The notes beneath the pieces were generated by a model. It did no database searches. It was not told the DNA's origin and saw only the letters and a list, made by a program, of their open reading frames with translations. From Clostridiaceae bacterium (GTDB taxonomy: Bacteria > Bacillota > Clostridia > Saccharofermentanales > DTU023): a DNA stretch of 64,000 nt. Every line of letters starts with the position of its first letter. Within the stretch, counting starts at the first letter, position 1. Both the position numbers and the translations under genes were made by a program. The DNA lies in contig DUVH01000035.1 in the NCBI GenBank assembly GCA_012841145.1, positions 8,507-72,506 on the forward strand, read 5' to 3'. Of the stretch, positions 25,221 to 35,639 are shown in pieces.

Positions 25221-26294
25221 ATGGACATCAGTGAACTGACAAAATTGACGACGAGTGAGGAACGTTACGACGAGCTGACGGAAATGCTCGCCGATACGAA
25301 TCTCATGCGCGACCGCGAGGCGTACGTCCGCCTCGTCAAGGAGCATGCGGAATTGCAGCCGCTTGTTCAGCTTATCCGCGAGCTCCGGCAGGTTCAGGAA
25401 GACTTGGAGGAGAATCGGGCGCTCCTCTACGAGACAGACGATCCGATTCTTCGCGAGCTTGCCCGCGAAGAAGTTGCTGAGCTTGAAGAGAAAGAATCGT
25501 CTCTCGAGGCATCCATCATGGAGGCGATCGAGCCGAAAGACGAAAATGATGAGCGCAACGTCATCGTAGAAATACGCGCGGGGACGGGCGGTGAGGAAGC
25601 CGCTCTGTTCGCTGCCGATCTCTATCGCATGTATTCGGCTTATGCGGAGGCACGCGGTTGGGAAACGGAAATCGTGGATTTCAATGAGACTGAATTGGGC
25701 GGTTTCAAAGAGGTTGTTTTTATTATTGACGGCAAGGGCGCTTTCAGCCGGCTGAAGTATGAGAGCGGCGCACATCGTGTGCAGCGCGTACCGGAGACGG
25801 AGGCGGGCGGACGCATCCACACATCTGCCGTCACCGTCGCCGTTTTACCTGAAGTCGATGAAGTTGATTTCGAGATTGATCCGAAAGATCTTCAGATCGA
25901 TACGTATCGCGCGTCGGGCGCGGGCGGTCAACACGTCAATAAGACGAGCTCCGCCATTCGGATAACGCACCTTCCTAGCGGTGTCGTTGTGACGTGTCAG
26001 GATCAGCGATCTCAGCATAAGAACCGGGATAAGGCGATGACGCACTTGCGCGCCATTCTGCTCGATATGGCGGAGCGGGAGCGCGCCGACGCGATCGCGA
26101 GCGAGCGCAGGAGTCAAGTAGGTTCCGGAGATCGAAGCGAGAGAATTCGTACGTATAATTTCCCGCAGTCCCGCGTTACCGATCACCGCATCGGGTTGAC
26201 GCTGTATAAACTCGACCGCATTTTGGCAGGTGATCTCGATGAGATCATCGATGCCTTGCAGATTGCTGAGCACGAAGCCGCTTTACAGGCGTAG
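25221..26294 (+). CDS. prfA: Peptide chain release factor 1
   Basis: GGQ motif [13 protein letters not shown] and the RF1-type tripeptide region [17 protein letters not shown] at 25221 follows GGAG. Confidence 0.93.
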   Translation: MDISELTKLTTSEERYDELTEMLADTNLMRDREAYVRLVKEHAELQPLVQLIRELRQVQEDLEENRALLYETDDPILRELAREEVAELEEKESSLEASIMEAIEPKDENDERNVIVEIRAGTGGEEAALFAADLYRMYSAYAEARGWETEIVDFNETELGGFKEVVFIIDGKGAFSRLKYESGAHRVQRVPETEAGGRIHTSAVTVAVLPEVDEVDFEIDPKDLQIDTYRASGAGGQHVNKTSSAIRITHLPSGVVVTCQDQRSQHKNRDKAMTHLRAILLDMAERERADAIASERRSQVGSGDRSERIRTYNFPQSRVTDHRIGLTLYKLDRILAGDLDEIIDALQIAEHEAALQA

Positions 26295-26317
26295 CGGAGC
26301 ATAAGGGAAAACAGTCT

Positions 26318-27832
26318 ATGGATACGCGCGTTCTTCTCGTCAAACATCCGATTGATGAAAGCAATTTTGACGAAGTTGGAAAAGCGCTTGCCTCGGGTTC
26401 CGTCGTCGCTTTTCCGACGGAGACCGTTTACGGGCTCGGAGCGTCCGCGTTGCTTCCCGATTCCGTACGTGAGATCTTCCGCCTGAAAGGTCGACCGGCC
26501 GATAATCCTCTGATCGTCCATCTTCTGTCGGACGAAGATTTAGAAGGCGTCGTCTCTTCCGTTCCTGACGTTTTCCATGTATTGTACGAAGCCTTCTCTC
26601 CCGGTCCTTTAACGTATGTGATGCCTCGCGGAGAGCGTATTCCCGATGAAGTGACGGCAGGTCTCGACACCGTCGCCGTGCGTTTCCCGTCTCAACCTGC
26701 CGCGCGCGCTCTGCTTGCGGCTGCAAACGTACCCGTTGTCGCTCCTTCAGCCAATGTTTCGGGCAGGCCCAGTCCGACGAGGGCTCATCATGTGGTTGAT
26801 GATTTTTCAGGACGCATTCCATGGATTGTCGATGACGGGCCATGTGACGTCGGCCTTGAGTCGACGGTGATCGACTTAACGCGTCAGCCTATTCGGATAT
26901 TGCGTCCGGGTGTCGTGACGGCGGAGGCGATTTTCGAGAAAACGGGTATTGAGGCCGTCTTTTGGAAAGACATTGATCAGGACGGTGAAGTTGTGCGCCC
27001 CGTTTCGCCGGGTATGAAATATCGCCACTACGCGCCGAGAGCCGCGGTGCGCGTCGTTCTGCCCGAGGAGGGAGTAGCATTGTCCGATCGACTGTTGGAG
27101 ATGATCGAAGGTTCGGGGACTTCTGTCGGGTTATTTATCAGCGAGGCGTGCCGGGATGCGTTGCGGTCGAAAGCTGACAAGTTGCCATCAGCGCCGCACG
27201 TCTATACGTACGAGGGTACGAGTGATCTTTCGCGGGCGAGTCATCACCTGTTTGATGCGATGCGCACACTCGATGAGCAGGGTGTCGATATCATCTATGC
27301 CGAGGGGTTTGAAGGAGAGGACGCCGTCGCGTATATGGATCGTCTGTCGCATGCCGCCGCGGCGAAGGAAGATGCCGATGTTCGACAAGTATTGTTTGTC
27401 TGCCATGGCAACACTTGTCGCAGCCCCATGGCGGAGGCGTTGTTTAACGATCGTTATCGCGACAAAGGTTGGGAAGCGATTTCGGCGGGACTTTCGACTT
27501 TTCCCGGCTGGCCGGTCTCGGAACATACGGTGGAAGTTCTGCGTGAATTCGGGATCGATGGCGAGGGCATGACATCAAAGCCCGTCAACAGGCAGATGCT
27601 AAACGACGTAAGTCTTGTCATCACGATGACGACGATGCAGCGCGAGTGGCTGCGATGTGCTGCTCCCGCATTGAAGGATAAGATCATCTCGATGGCTGAC
27701 GTGTCGGAGCGCTCACACGATATCGCGGATCCTTTCGGTGAGACGATTGTCTCTTATCGCCGCGTCCGCGACGAATTGAATGAAATTATGCAGGACTTGT
27801 ATCTGTATTTACAGGAGTTGGATCTTACGTAA
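26318..27832 (+). CDS. Fusion protein: L-threonylcarbamoyladenylate synthase (Sua5/TsaC plus SUA5 domain) joined to a low-molecular-weight phosphatase (YwlE-like)
   Basis: N-terminus VVAFPTETVYGLGA...GRPADNPLIVH...APSANVSGRPSPT is YrdC/Sua5-like. From about nt 27380, VLFVCHGNTCRSPMAEALF (CX5R(S/T)) and DIADPFG are LMW-PTP-like. It is one uninterrupted 504-aa ORF. Confidence 0.85.
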   Translation: MDTRVLLVKHPIDESNFDEVGKALASGSVVAFPTETVYGLGASALLPDSVREIFRLKGRPADNPLIVHLLSDEDLEGVVSSVPDVFHVLYEAFSPGPLTYVMPRGERIPDEVTAGLDTVAVRFPSQPAARALLAAANVPVVAPSANVSGRPSPTRAHHVVDDFSGRIPWIVDDGPCDVGLESTVIDLTRQPIRILRPGVVTAEAIFEKTGIEAVFWKDIDQDGEVVRPVSPGMKYRHYAPRAAVRVVLPEEGVALSDRLLEMIEGSGTSVGLFISEACRDALRSKADKLPSAPHVYTYEGTSDLSRASHHLFDAMRTLDEQGVDIIYAEGFEGEDAVAYMDRLSHAAAAKEDADVRQVLFVCHGNTCRSPMAEALFNDRYRDKGWEAISAGLSTFPGWPVSEHTVEVLREFGIDGEGMTSKPVNRQMLNDVSLVITMTTMQREWLRCAAPALKDKIISMADVSERSHDIADPFGETIVSYRRVRDELNEIMQDLYLYLQELDLT

Positions 27833-27973
27833 ATCATCTTCTCTTGAAGGGATGAAATCGTTCAGATTTCGGTACAGGCAAAAATTCGACGTCATCTTTC
27901 CGGTACACTAGGTGAACCGACTTAATATGTCAATGACGGCAAATTCAGCGGGATGTGCCGTAAAACACAAAAC

Positions 27974-28003
27974 TTGACGGGGATTCCGTTTCCGTGCTAG
28001 AGT
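27974..28003 (+). promoter_or_regulatory. Sigma-A-type promoter upstream of rpsF
   Basis: TTGACG (27974-27979), an 18-nt spacer and TGCTAGAGT (extended -10, 27995-28003). Confidence 0.5.
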
Positions 28004-28084
28004 GTGATTCGCCTGCGAAAACAGGCGCAGTCCTCGCTCTACAAAGTGTAGAGCCGTAAAGTCCGGGAGGAGGTTAATAATCCC

Positions 28085-28573
28085 ATGACGAAAAAATATG
28101 AATTGATCTATGTCCTGAATGGAACACTTCAGGCAAATGAACTGAGAGCGCAGATGGAACGCGTGCACGGTATCGTTGAAGCATCCGCCGAGATTGTTGA
28201 CATCGTTGAGTGGGGCCGACGCCGTCTTGCTTACGAGATACAGGATATCCGCGAAGGATATTACGTTCTCGTGTACTTCAACGCCGATCCGGAAGCGCCG
28301 CGCGAGATTGAGCGCTTGCTGCGTATCTATGATCCTGTGCTTCGCTTCCTCATCGTCGTCGCCGAGGGCAATTTTGTTCCGACGGGGAGGCGTACATTAT
28401 TAGAGGAAGAAGCTGCCGCCAAGGAGGCCGAAAGCGCGCCGGCGGAAGTTGAAGAAGGCGCGGATGAGCCGGAAGCCGACGCTCCGGAAGAGGTGGCATC
28501 CGAAGAGCCGGTTGAAACTGAAGCCGGGCAGAATATGGAAGAAGTGCCGGAAACGCCGGCAGATGAGAGTTAA
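28085..28573 (+). CDS. rpsF: 30S ribosomal protein S6 with a long acidic C-terminal tail
   Basis: MTKKYELIYVLNGTL...WGRRRLAYEI core, followed by about 65 aa rich in Glu, Ala and Pro. RBS GGAGGAGG. Confidence 0.92.
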   Translation: MTKKYELIYVLNGTLQANELRAQMERVHGIVEASAEIVDIVEWGRRRLAYEIQDIREGYYVLVYFNADPEAPREIERLLRIYDPVLRFLIVVAEGNFVPTGRRTLLEEEAAAKEAESAPAEVEEGADEPEADAPEEVASEEPVETEAGQNMEEVPETPADES

Positions 28574-28611
28574 ACCCCGCTGAATTGTCTGATGACAGAA
28601 AGGACACATGA

Positions 28612-29058
28612 ATGAACAGAGCAATCTTAATGGGACGACTGGCGCGTGATCCTGAGATCAGGACGACGCAAAGCGGGATTCCCGTATGCAATTTTACCGT
28701 CGCCTGTGATCGTCGCAGCCGTGCCGCTGACGGGTCATGGCAGAATCAGGCTGATTTCATCCCCTGCGTCGCATGGCGTCAACAAGCAGAATTTATCAAC
28801 CGCTATTTCAGCAAGGGTGATCGTATTCTCGTCTCGGGCTCCATCCAACCGAGGAGCTGGGAAGATGATAAAGGAAATCGCCGTTATACGACGGAAGTGA
28901 TCATTGACGAAGTCGAGTTTTGCGAATCGAAACGCGGTGGCGGCGGTCGACGCGATGATGACCGTTCGGATCGCGTATCGGCGACAACGGTCGACAGCGG
29001 AGGTGACAGTTTCCTCCCGGCGCCCGACGATGACACATCCCTACCATTTGATTTTTAA
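28612..29058 (+). CDS. ssb: Single-stranded DNA-binding protein
   Basis: MNRAILMGRLARDPEIRTTQSGIPVCNFTVA OB-fold and the acidic tip DDDTSLPFDF. Confidence 0.93.
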   Translation: MNRAILMGRLARDPEIRTTQSGIPVCNFTVACDRRSRAADGSWQNQADFIPCVAWRQQAEFINRYFSKGDRILVSGSIQPRSWEDDKGNRRYTTEVIIDEVEFCESKRGGGGRRDDDRSDRVSATTVDSGGDSFLPAPDDDTSLPFDF

Positions 29059-29086
29059 TTTAATTAACTGAAGCCTTGAAGGAGTA

Positions 29087-29347
29087 ATGAATATGGCAGA
29101 AACAAGAAGACGCGGAAGCTATCAGGGGCAAAGGCGCTACGGTCGTAAAAAGTATTGCGTATTTTGCGCCGACCACATCGATCACATCGATTATAAGGAT
29201 GTCAATACGCTGCAACGCTATACGGCTGAGAACTTCAAAATTCTCCCGCGCCGTATGACGGGTACATGTGCGCTTCACCAGCGCAGCTTGACGAACGCGA
29301 TTCGTCGTGCGAGACAGGTCGCATTGCTGCCTTACAAAGCAGAGTAG
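29087..29347 (+). CDS. rpsR: 30S ribosomal protein S18
   Basis: [47 protein letters not shown]. Confidence 0.93.
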   Translation: MNMAETRRRGSYQGQRRYGRKKYCVFCADHIDHIDYKDVNTLQRYTAENFKILPRRMTGTCALHQRSLTNAIRRARQVALLPYKAE

Positions 29348-29366
29348 TTTCGTTCTCGAATCGAAC

Positions 29367-29410
29367 AGCCTCCGTTTCGCAGATAGTTGCGAGGCGGAGG
29401 CTTTTTTTGT
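29367..29410 (+). terminator. Rho-independent terminator after rpsR
   Basis: AGCCTCCG...CGGAGGCT stem followed by TTTTTTTGTTT. Confidence 0.8.
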
Positions 29411-29492
29411 TTAGGTGTTTTTGATGTGTCCGTCATAATCGGAAGCTTTTGCGGTATCATGGAGTTCCGATACGAATCTAAGGAGGAAAAAT

Positions 29493-29945
29493 ATGAAAGT
29501 ATTGCTTCTGGAAGGTGTCAAAGGTCTCGGGCAAGCCGGAGATGTTGTTGAGGTCAAGCCCGGCTATGCGAACAATTTTCTTTTCAAGCGTAAATTGGCC
29601 GTTCCCGTCACGAAAGACAACTTGAACGTTGTCGAGATGAAGCGGCGCGCGAAGATTGAAGAACAGGAGACGCGTCTGGCGCGTGCGAAAGAGATCGCGG
29701 CTGCCGTCGGAGGACAGCGTTTTGTCTGGGCGGCAAAAACAGGTTCCGCAGGGCGGCTGTACGGAACGGTGACGAATCAGAACATCGCCGATATGCTTTC
29801 GCAGCACGGATATGAAGTTGACAAGCGCGATATTTCGGTGAGCGAACCGATCAAGATGATCGGCAGCCATCAAGTGACGCTTCGTCTCCATCCTGAGATT
29901 TCCGTTGATTTTACACTCGACGTAAAGGCTGATTTAAATGATTAG
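29493..29945 (+). CDS. rplI: 50S ribosomal protein L9
   Basis: MKVLLLEGVKGLGQAGDVVEVKPGYANNFL. RBS TAAGGAGG. Confidence 0.93.
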   Translation: MKVLLLEGVKGLGQAGDVVEVKPGYANNFLFKRKLAVPVTKDNLNVVEMKRRAKIEEQETRLARAKEIAAAVGGQRFVWAAKTGSAGRLYGTVTNQNIADMLSQHGYEVDKRDISVSEPIKMIGSHQVTLRLHPEISVDFTLDVKADLND

Positions 29946-31362
29946 TGAACAGGCATCGCTCCCCGGCAAGCCTATTAATTTGTCGGAGCGGCTGAAGGGA
30001 CACGCTCTTCCCCACAACATCGCGATGGAACAGTCCGTTCTCGGCTGCGCGATGTTGCGGCTTGAAGCGCTGTCAGCCATGATCTCAAAATTAAGGTTTT
30101 CCGATTTTTACGATCCGCGCCATCAGCTGATCTTCGAAGCGATCGAGATGTTGCACATAGACCAGAAACCGTGCGATATCTTGACTGTAACGAACCAGCT
30201 CATTCTGAACGAGAAGATCGGTTCGGCAGGCGGCCGCGAGTACGTGTTGTCACTTCCCGGATCTGTTCCGTTTGTTGCGAACTATGCTTCTTATATCGAG
30301 CTCGTCAGGGGATTGTCCTTGAAACGACGCCTGATCATGGCGCTTGACGGCGTCATCGAACACACATTTTCATCCGATCTGGAAGCGGAACAGCTCATTG
30401 AGCTGGCGGCACAGAGGATACTTAACATCCGTGAAGATGAGAGCGATCTGGGACTTGTGCGCGTCGGCGAAGTGTTGAGCGATCGCGTTAATGAACTTCA
30501 TCTCATGTCGACAGGCGTGAGGGTTCAATCACCGAAGACAGGTTATCCGGGCCTTGACCGCGTACTGGGCGGTCTTCGAAAAGGCGCGCTCTACGTCTTG
30601 GCATCTCGACCCGGCGTCGGTAAGTCGGCACTGTCTCTTAATATCGCGCACAATGTCGCGCGCTATTACGATGCTGTCGTCGCCATCTTCTCTTTGGAAA
30701 TGAGTAAAGAAGAAGTCGCGACGAGACTTCTATCTGCTAAGACGGCTATGTCGTTTCAGCAGCTCGAGACGCTCGATGAGAAGGATAAGAGGGCATGGGA
30801 TAAAATTGCCGCCGGTTTAGGCGAACTCTATGATGTTCCTCTCTACATCGACGATCACTCGTCCGTCAATGTTGTCGAAATCCACGCGCGCTGTCGTCAG
30901 CTGCAACTGAAACACAAGCGATTGGATTTGGTCGTCGTTGACTATTTGCAGCTGATGGGGACTGCCTCGGGACGTTCACGAGCCGAGAATCGCCAGCAGC
31001 AGATCGCCGAAATTTCGCGTATGTTGAAAGTGATGGCGCGCGATCTCGATGTTCCCGTCTTGGCGTTGTCGCAGCTCAGCCGTGAAGTCGACAAGGCGGG
31101 ACGCCGGCCAAGACTTGCCGACTTGCGTGAGTCGGGGGCGATCGAGCAGGATGCGGACGTCGTCATGTTTTTACACGATCCTGACGCCAAGGAAGGCGAT
31201 AAAGACTACAAAGAGGAGATCACGGAGGTCGATCTTATCGTTGAGAAAAACAGGCAGGGTGAACGTGCGCTCATCACGCTTCAATGGAATCCCGAGATTC
31301 TCACGTTTACCGAAGATGACTACGGCGGAACTCCCGAAGCGCCTTTCGCTCCGTTTCGTTAA
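29938..31362 (+). CDS. dnaB: Replicative DNA helicase (DnaB family)
   Basis: PHNIAMEQSVLGCAM N-terminal domain, Walker A ASRPGVGKSALSLN, and RecA-like VVVDYLQLM...SQLSREV. At 474 aa there is no intein. Confidence 0.93.
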   Translation: MISEQASLPGKPINLSERLKGHALPHNIAMEQSVLGCAMLRLEALSAMISKLRFSDFYDPRHQLIFEAIEMLHIDQKPCDILTVTNQLILNEKIGSAGGREYVLSLPGSVPFVANYASYIELVRGLSLKRRLIMALDGVIEHTFSSDLEAEQLIELAAQRILNIREDESDLGLVRVGEVLSDRVNELHLMSTGVRVQSPKTGYPGLDRVLGGLRKGALYVLASRPGVGKSALSLNIAHNVARYYDAVVAIFSLEMSKEEVATRLLSAKTAMSFQQLETLDEKDKRAWDKIAAGLGELYDVPLYIDDHSSVNVVEIHARCRQLQLKHKRLDLVVVDYLQLMGTASGRSRAENRQQQIAEISRMLKVMARDLDVPVLALSQLSREVDKAGRRPRLADLRESGAIEQDADVVMFLHDPDAKEGDKDYKEEITEVDLIVEKNRQGERALITLQWNPEILTFTEDDYGGTPEAPFAPFR

Positions 31363-32421
31363 ATGAGATATCCGAAAGAGACATTCGAATTATTCAAGAA
31401 GATCGCTTCGACATGTGAACGCCGGAATATGATCCCTCGCGACGCAGTCGTCGTGGCGGGTGTGTCCGGCGGTGTCGATTCAATGGTGATGCTCGCTTTT
31501 CTCGATGACTACCGGTCGCGATACCGTTTCGACCTTTTCGCCTGTCATCTCAACCACATGATTCGCGGCGAAGACGCCGATTTGGACGAACTCCTCGTCG
31601 AGTCGTTCTGTATGAAGCGCGCCATCCCCTATGTTTCGGTTCGCACTGATATTCCCAAGCTCGCTGAAGAGCTCGGGGTCAGTCTCGAACAGGCGGGAAG
31701 AGATGTCCGGCGCGACACGATGGTACGACTCGGAATGGAATACGCCGGCAGTCCTGAGCGATTCCGCGTCGCGTTCGCTCATCATATGGATGATCGCGCC
31801 GAGAGTATTCTCATGCATGTGGGGCGCGGTTCGGGGTTGGCGGGTCTTGTAGGTATCCGATACGTTGACGGTGTTTTTATTCGACCGTTACTCGATGTGC
31901 GCCTTGAAGAGATCGAGTCTGCCGCCGAAGCGCTTGATCTGCCGTGGCGCGAGGATGAGACGAACCGCTCGGACGAGTTTCTCCGAAACAGAGTGCGCCG
32001 CACTCTCATACCTGCGTGGCGCGATGTCCTCGGCTATGACCCTGTTCCCGTTCTTGTGCGTCTCGGCGATGCGGCGGAGGGAGACGAACAGGCATTGCTG
32101 CAATGGGCTGATGCCTCGTACAGGACAGCCCTTTTGCCTGATGGAAAGATGGCCGTGTCGTCATTGCGGGATTGTCCGCCGGCGATCATGAAACGCGTGC
32201 TCGCGCGCTATTTCGAAGAGGTGATTGCCGCAAGGGATGATCGAGGTCATACTGCATTGAAACTTACACTAGGCTCCGTACATCTCGATCAGCTGGTGAA
32301 GGGCGTTGAACTGAGCGTGAGCGGTGAAGGGCGCGATACATCGTACTCTTTGCCGGGAGGTATGAGCGCGCGTATCTCTGACGGGTGTCTGTTTATCATC
32401 TTTCCCGAGGGTAAAGCGTAA
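31363..32421 (+). CDS. tilS: tRNA(Ile)-lysidine synthetase
   Basis: PP-loop VAGVSGGVDSMV. Position between dnaB and hpt-ftsH. Confidence 0.88.
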   Translation: MRYPKETFELFKKIASTCERRNMIPRDAVVVAGVSGGVDSMVMLAFLDDYRSRYRFDLFACHLNHMIRGEDADLDELLVESFCMKRAIPYVSVRTDIPKLAEELGVSLEQAGRDVRRDTMVRLGMEYAGSPERFRVAFAHHMDDRAESILMHVGRGSGLAGLVGIRYVDGVFIRPLLDVRLEEIESAAEALDLPWREDETNRSDEFLRNRVRRTLIPAWRDVLGYDPVPVLVRLGDAAEGDEQALLQWADASYRTALLPDGKMAVSSLRDCPPAIMKRVLARYFEEVIAARDDRGHTALKLTLGSVHLDQLVKGVELSVSGEGRDTSYSLPGGMSARISDGCLFIIFPEGKA

Positions 32422-32623
32422 AACTGGTCGACTGTTTTATCCGGCGGAATGATGATGTTTTGCTCCCGATGTGTCATGCGTTTCGAATCATATGCATGCT
32501 ATCCGTTTGAGAAGTGCTGTGATAGAATGCAAATGGTTGCAGATGATACTATGTTGTCTGATTGTAATTGACGCGTTCGATCGTGTACAATTTGTTTTTA
32601 TTCCGAAGAGAAAGTGGTTGCCT

Positions 32624-33160
32624 ATGCCTTACACTGAAAAAAAGATAGATCATACGCTTGTTGATCGTGAGACGATCAATGCATTCGTTAAGCGTCTTGC
32701 CGAAGAAATAAGCAGAGACTTTAGCGGGAAGGAACTCTACTTTATCTGTGTCCTCAAGGGTTCATTCATGTTTATGGCCGACCTTGTTCGCGAGATTGAT
32801 CTTCCGTGTGAAGTTGACTTTATGTCGGTTAAAAGCTATGAAGGTGAGAAGTCGACGGGTGTCGTGAAGATCAACAAAGACCTTGACCGCAGCATCGCCG
32901 GTAAACATGTACTCATTGTGGAAGATATCGTCGATACAGGCCTGACGCTCAATCACCTGAAGGCGCTGCTGTCAACGCGAAATCCCGCGAGTATCAGCAT
33001 CGTGACGGCTTTTGATAAACCGATGCGTCGGAGAGTCGATATTCACGTCGATTACGTCGGGATGGAAATTCCGAACGAATTTATCGTCGGATACGGCCTC
33101 GACCTTGACGGGTTCTACCGAAATTTGCCTGAAGTCGTCGTCCTCAGCGACAAGGAGTAA
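32624..33160 (+). CDS. hpt: Hypoxanthine phosphoribosyltransferase
   Basis: ATG at 32624. PRPP motif VLIVEDIVDTGLTL and FIVGYGLDLDGFYRNLPEV. Confidence 0.92.
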   Translation: MPYTEKKIDHTLVDRETINAFVKRLAEEISRDFSGKELYFICVLKGSFMFMADLVREIDLPCEVDFMSVKSYEGEKSTGVVKINKDLDRSIAGKHVLIVEDIVDTGLTLNHLKALLSTRNPASISIVTAFDKPMRRRVDIHVDYVGMEIPNEFIVGYGLDLDGFYRNLPEVVVLSDKE

Positions 33161-33217
33161 TTGTCTCTCATTCAGGCACATATGACTACACTAAACTAAT
33201 AGGATACTAATCGTAAT

Positions 33218-35194
33218 ATGAACCAGCAAAGAAGATTCGGTGGATTTTCCTTCTATATCATTTTGATGATCGCCATTTTGGCGACGACGTTCATGTTGTC
33301 GAAATCAGATCAAAAAGATATAACGCTCTACGAAGTGGAGCAGATGATTCAGGGCGGTCAGGTCGAGTCGGTGACGATTGACGGAGCGACGCTCAATTTG
33401 AAGATGAGCGAAAGCGCTGTCCAGGCCGGCAATCCAGCTGTCGTAAAGAAAACCATTCCGTCTGAAACAATTCCTTCTTACCTCGAACTTTTGCGCGAGG
33501 CGAAAGTGAACGGTAAAATTGCCTCTTTCGACTACAATCGTCCGACAGATATCGGGAGCATCCTGAACGGCGCTCTTTTGCTCTTCATGATGGTTTCGCT
33601 CGGCGCGTTCGTCTTTCTCTCATACTCGCGCAGGGATAGCGACGGCAGGACGGCGATGTCGTTCGGGAAGAGCCGTGCGACGCTCGCCGATCCCGGTCAA
33701 AACAAAGTGACGTTTGCCGATGTTGCAGGTGCGAAAGAAGAGAAAGAAGAACTGCAGGAAGTCGTCGATTTTCTGAAAAACCCGAAAAAGTACACTGAAC
33801 TCGGTGCCAAGATCCCGAAAGGTATCTTGCTTGTCGGGCCGCCCGGAACGGGCAAGACGCTGTTGGCTCGGGCCGTCGCAGGCGAGGCGCACGTCCCGTT
33901 TTTCACGATTAGCGGTTCAGATTTCGTCGAGATGTTTGTCGGCGTCGGCGCTTCGCGCGTACGCAACCTTTTCCTCAACGCGAAGAAAAAAGCGCCATGT
34001 ATCGTCTTTATCGATGAGATTGATGCCGTAGGGCGTCATCGCGGTGCCGGTCTCGGCGGCGGACACGATGAGCGAGAACAGACGCTTAATCAGCTTCTCG
34101 TTGAGATGGACGGTTTCGGCCCTAATGAAGGAGTCATTGTCCTAGCGGCGACGAACCGCCCCGATATTCTTGACAATGCCCTCCTCCGGCCCGGACGATT
34201 TGACAGGCGCATTTTCGTCATGCGTCCTGATCTTTTGGGGCGTGAAGAAATTCTGCACGTTCATGCGAAAGATAAACCACTCGCCAAAGATATCGACCTC
34301 GCCGAGATCGCAAAGATGACGCCCGGCTTCACGGGGGCCGATCTAGCGAATCTCTTGAATGAAGCAGCCCTCTTAGCGGCGAGGCGCAACGATACGCTGA
34401 TCCGGTATTCCGATATCTCGGAAGCCGTTTTCAAAGTAACGATCGGGCCTGAGAAGAAGAGCCGCGTCATCAATGAGGAAGAGAGAAAATTGACGGCTTA
34501 CCACGAGTCAGGGCACGCGATCGTCTTGCGGGAAGTTTCGCAGACTGATCGTATTGAGCGCGTCTCAATCATCCCCGCCGGAGGTGCGGGCGGTTATACT
34601 GCGTATAAGCCGAACGAAGATTTTTATTTCAAAACGAAATCTCAGCTGTTGAGCGAGATTATGATGGCACTTGGCGGTCGCGCGGCGGAGGAGATCGTCT
34701 TCGGTGAAACGAGCACGGGAGCCAGTTCTGACCTCAAACATGTCAACCAGATTGCGCGTAATATGGTGACTAAGTACGGTATGAGCAGTCGTCTCGGCAA
34801 CCTTGTGACGGCAGATCAGGATGAAGTTTTCATCGGTCGCGACTACGGTCATGTCCAAGGTCACAGCGACGTGTTACAGGCGACGATTGACGAAGAGGTT
34901 GCGACAATTCTTGACGAAGCTTACGAAGCGACGAAGAACGTCCTTATTACGAATCGCGAACTGCTTGAAGTACTGGCTTATGTCCTCCTAGAGAAAGAGA
35001 AGATCGAGTCGGATGAATTCGAAGCGATCTATCAGGCACACGCCGTCGAACCAAAACCGTTGCCGGGAGATGAATCTGCGAAAGTTGTTGTCGAGCCGGA
35101 CGAGCCTTTCGCCGGATCGGACGACAATGCGATCGTCGAGTCGGGTAGTGCCCACTCTATGGCAATGAGGAGGGGATGGCATGTCAATAGATAA
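33218..35194 (+). CDS. ftsH: ATP-dependent zinc metalloprotease FtsH
   Basis: Walker [15 protein letters not shown] region, and zinc motif HESGHAIV. Confidence 0.95.
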   Translation: MNQQRRFGGFSFYIILMIAILATTFMLSKSDQKDITLYEVEQMIQGGQVESVTIDGATLNLKMSESAVQAGNPAVVKKTIPSETIPSYLELLREAKVNGKIASFDYNRPTDIGSILNGALLLFMMVSLGAFVFLSYSRRDSDGRTAMSFGKSRATLADPGQNKVTFADVAGAKEEKEELQEVVDFLKNPKKYTELGAKIPKGILLVGPPGTGKTLLARAVAGEAHVPFFTISGSDFVEMFVGVGASRVRNLFLNAKKKAPCIVFIDEIDAVGRHRGAGLGGGHDEREQTLNQLLVEMDGFGPNEGVIVLAATNRPDILDNALLRPGRFDRRIFVMRPDLLGREEILHVHAKDKPLAKDIDLAEIAKMTPGFTGADLANLLNEAALLAARRNDTLIRYSDISEAVFKVTIGPEKKSRVINEEERKLTAYHESGHAIVLREVSQTDRIERVSIIPAGGAGGYTAYKPNEDFYFKTKSQLLSEIMMALGGRAAEEIVFGETSTGASSDLKHVNQIARNMVTKYGMSSRLGNLVTADQDEVFIGRDYGHVQGHSDVLQATIDEEVATILDEAYEATKNVLITNRELLEVLAYVLLEKEKIESDEFEAIYQAHAVEPKPLPGDESAKVVVEPDEPFAGSDDNAIVESGSAHSMAMRRGWHVNR

Positions 35195-35636
35195 ATCCTT
35201 ATTGGAGGATTGTATTGCGTTCATGGCGTGTCGCGATGCGAAACGCATCGCCGATTCCGTCGATCGAAGGTTAGTTCCATACAATATAACGAGAGTGCAG
35301 TGGAACGCGCTGTATTACATCGATCTGAAAAAAGGTGAATCGATTACGCAGAGGGAGCTAGCCGATTTAATGGGGCTCCGTGAACCGACGATGGTGCGGC
35401 TGATCGATCGTATGGAAAAGAACGGTTTCCTGAAGCGCGAACCGTCGTCACATGATCGGCGCCGGAACAATCTCGTCCTCACAAAGAAGGGTGCAGAGAT
35501 TAACGATAAGATCTGTGCCATCGTCAAGAAATTTAAGGAAGATTGCGTGCGAGGTATTCCGGAAGCTGATCTTCTGGCTTTTCAGCGCGTGCTGAATCAA
35601 GTTGTCAATAATTGTGTTGACGAACAGTTTTTTTAG
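35181..35636 (+). CDS. MarR-family transcriptional regulator
   Basis: Winged-HTH pattern ITQRELADLMGLREPTMVRLIDRMEKNGFLKREPSSHDRR. It overlaps the ftsH end by 14 bp. Confidence 0.85.
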   Translation: MSIDKSLLEDCIAFMACRDAKRIADSVDRRLVPYNITRVQWNALYYIDLKKGESITQRELADLMGLREPTMVRLIDRMEKNGFLKREPSSHDRRRNNLVLTKKGAEINDKICAIVKKFKEDCVRGIPEADLLAFQRVLNQVVNNCVDEQFF

Positions 35637-35639
35637 GGC

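Noticed and set aside
25146-25820. 224-aa minus-strand ORF
   Set aside because: It is antisense to prfA, with no RBS and no recognisable family.
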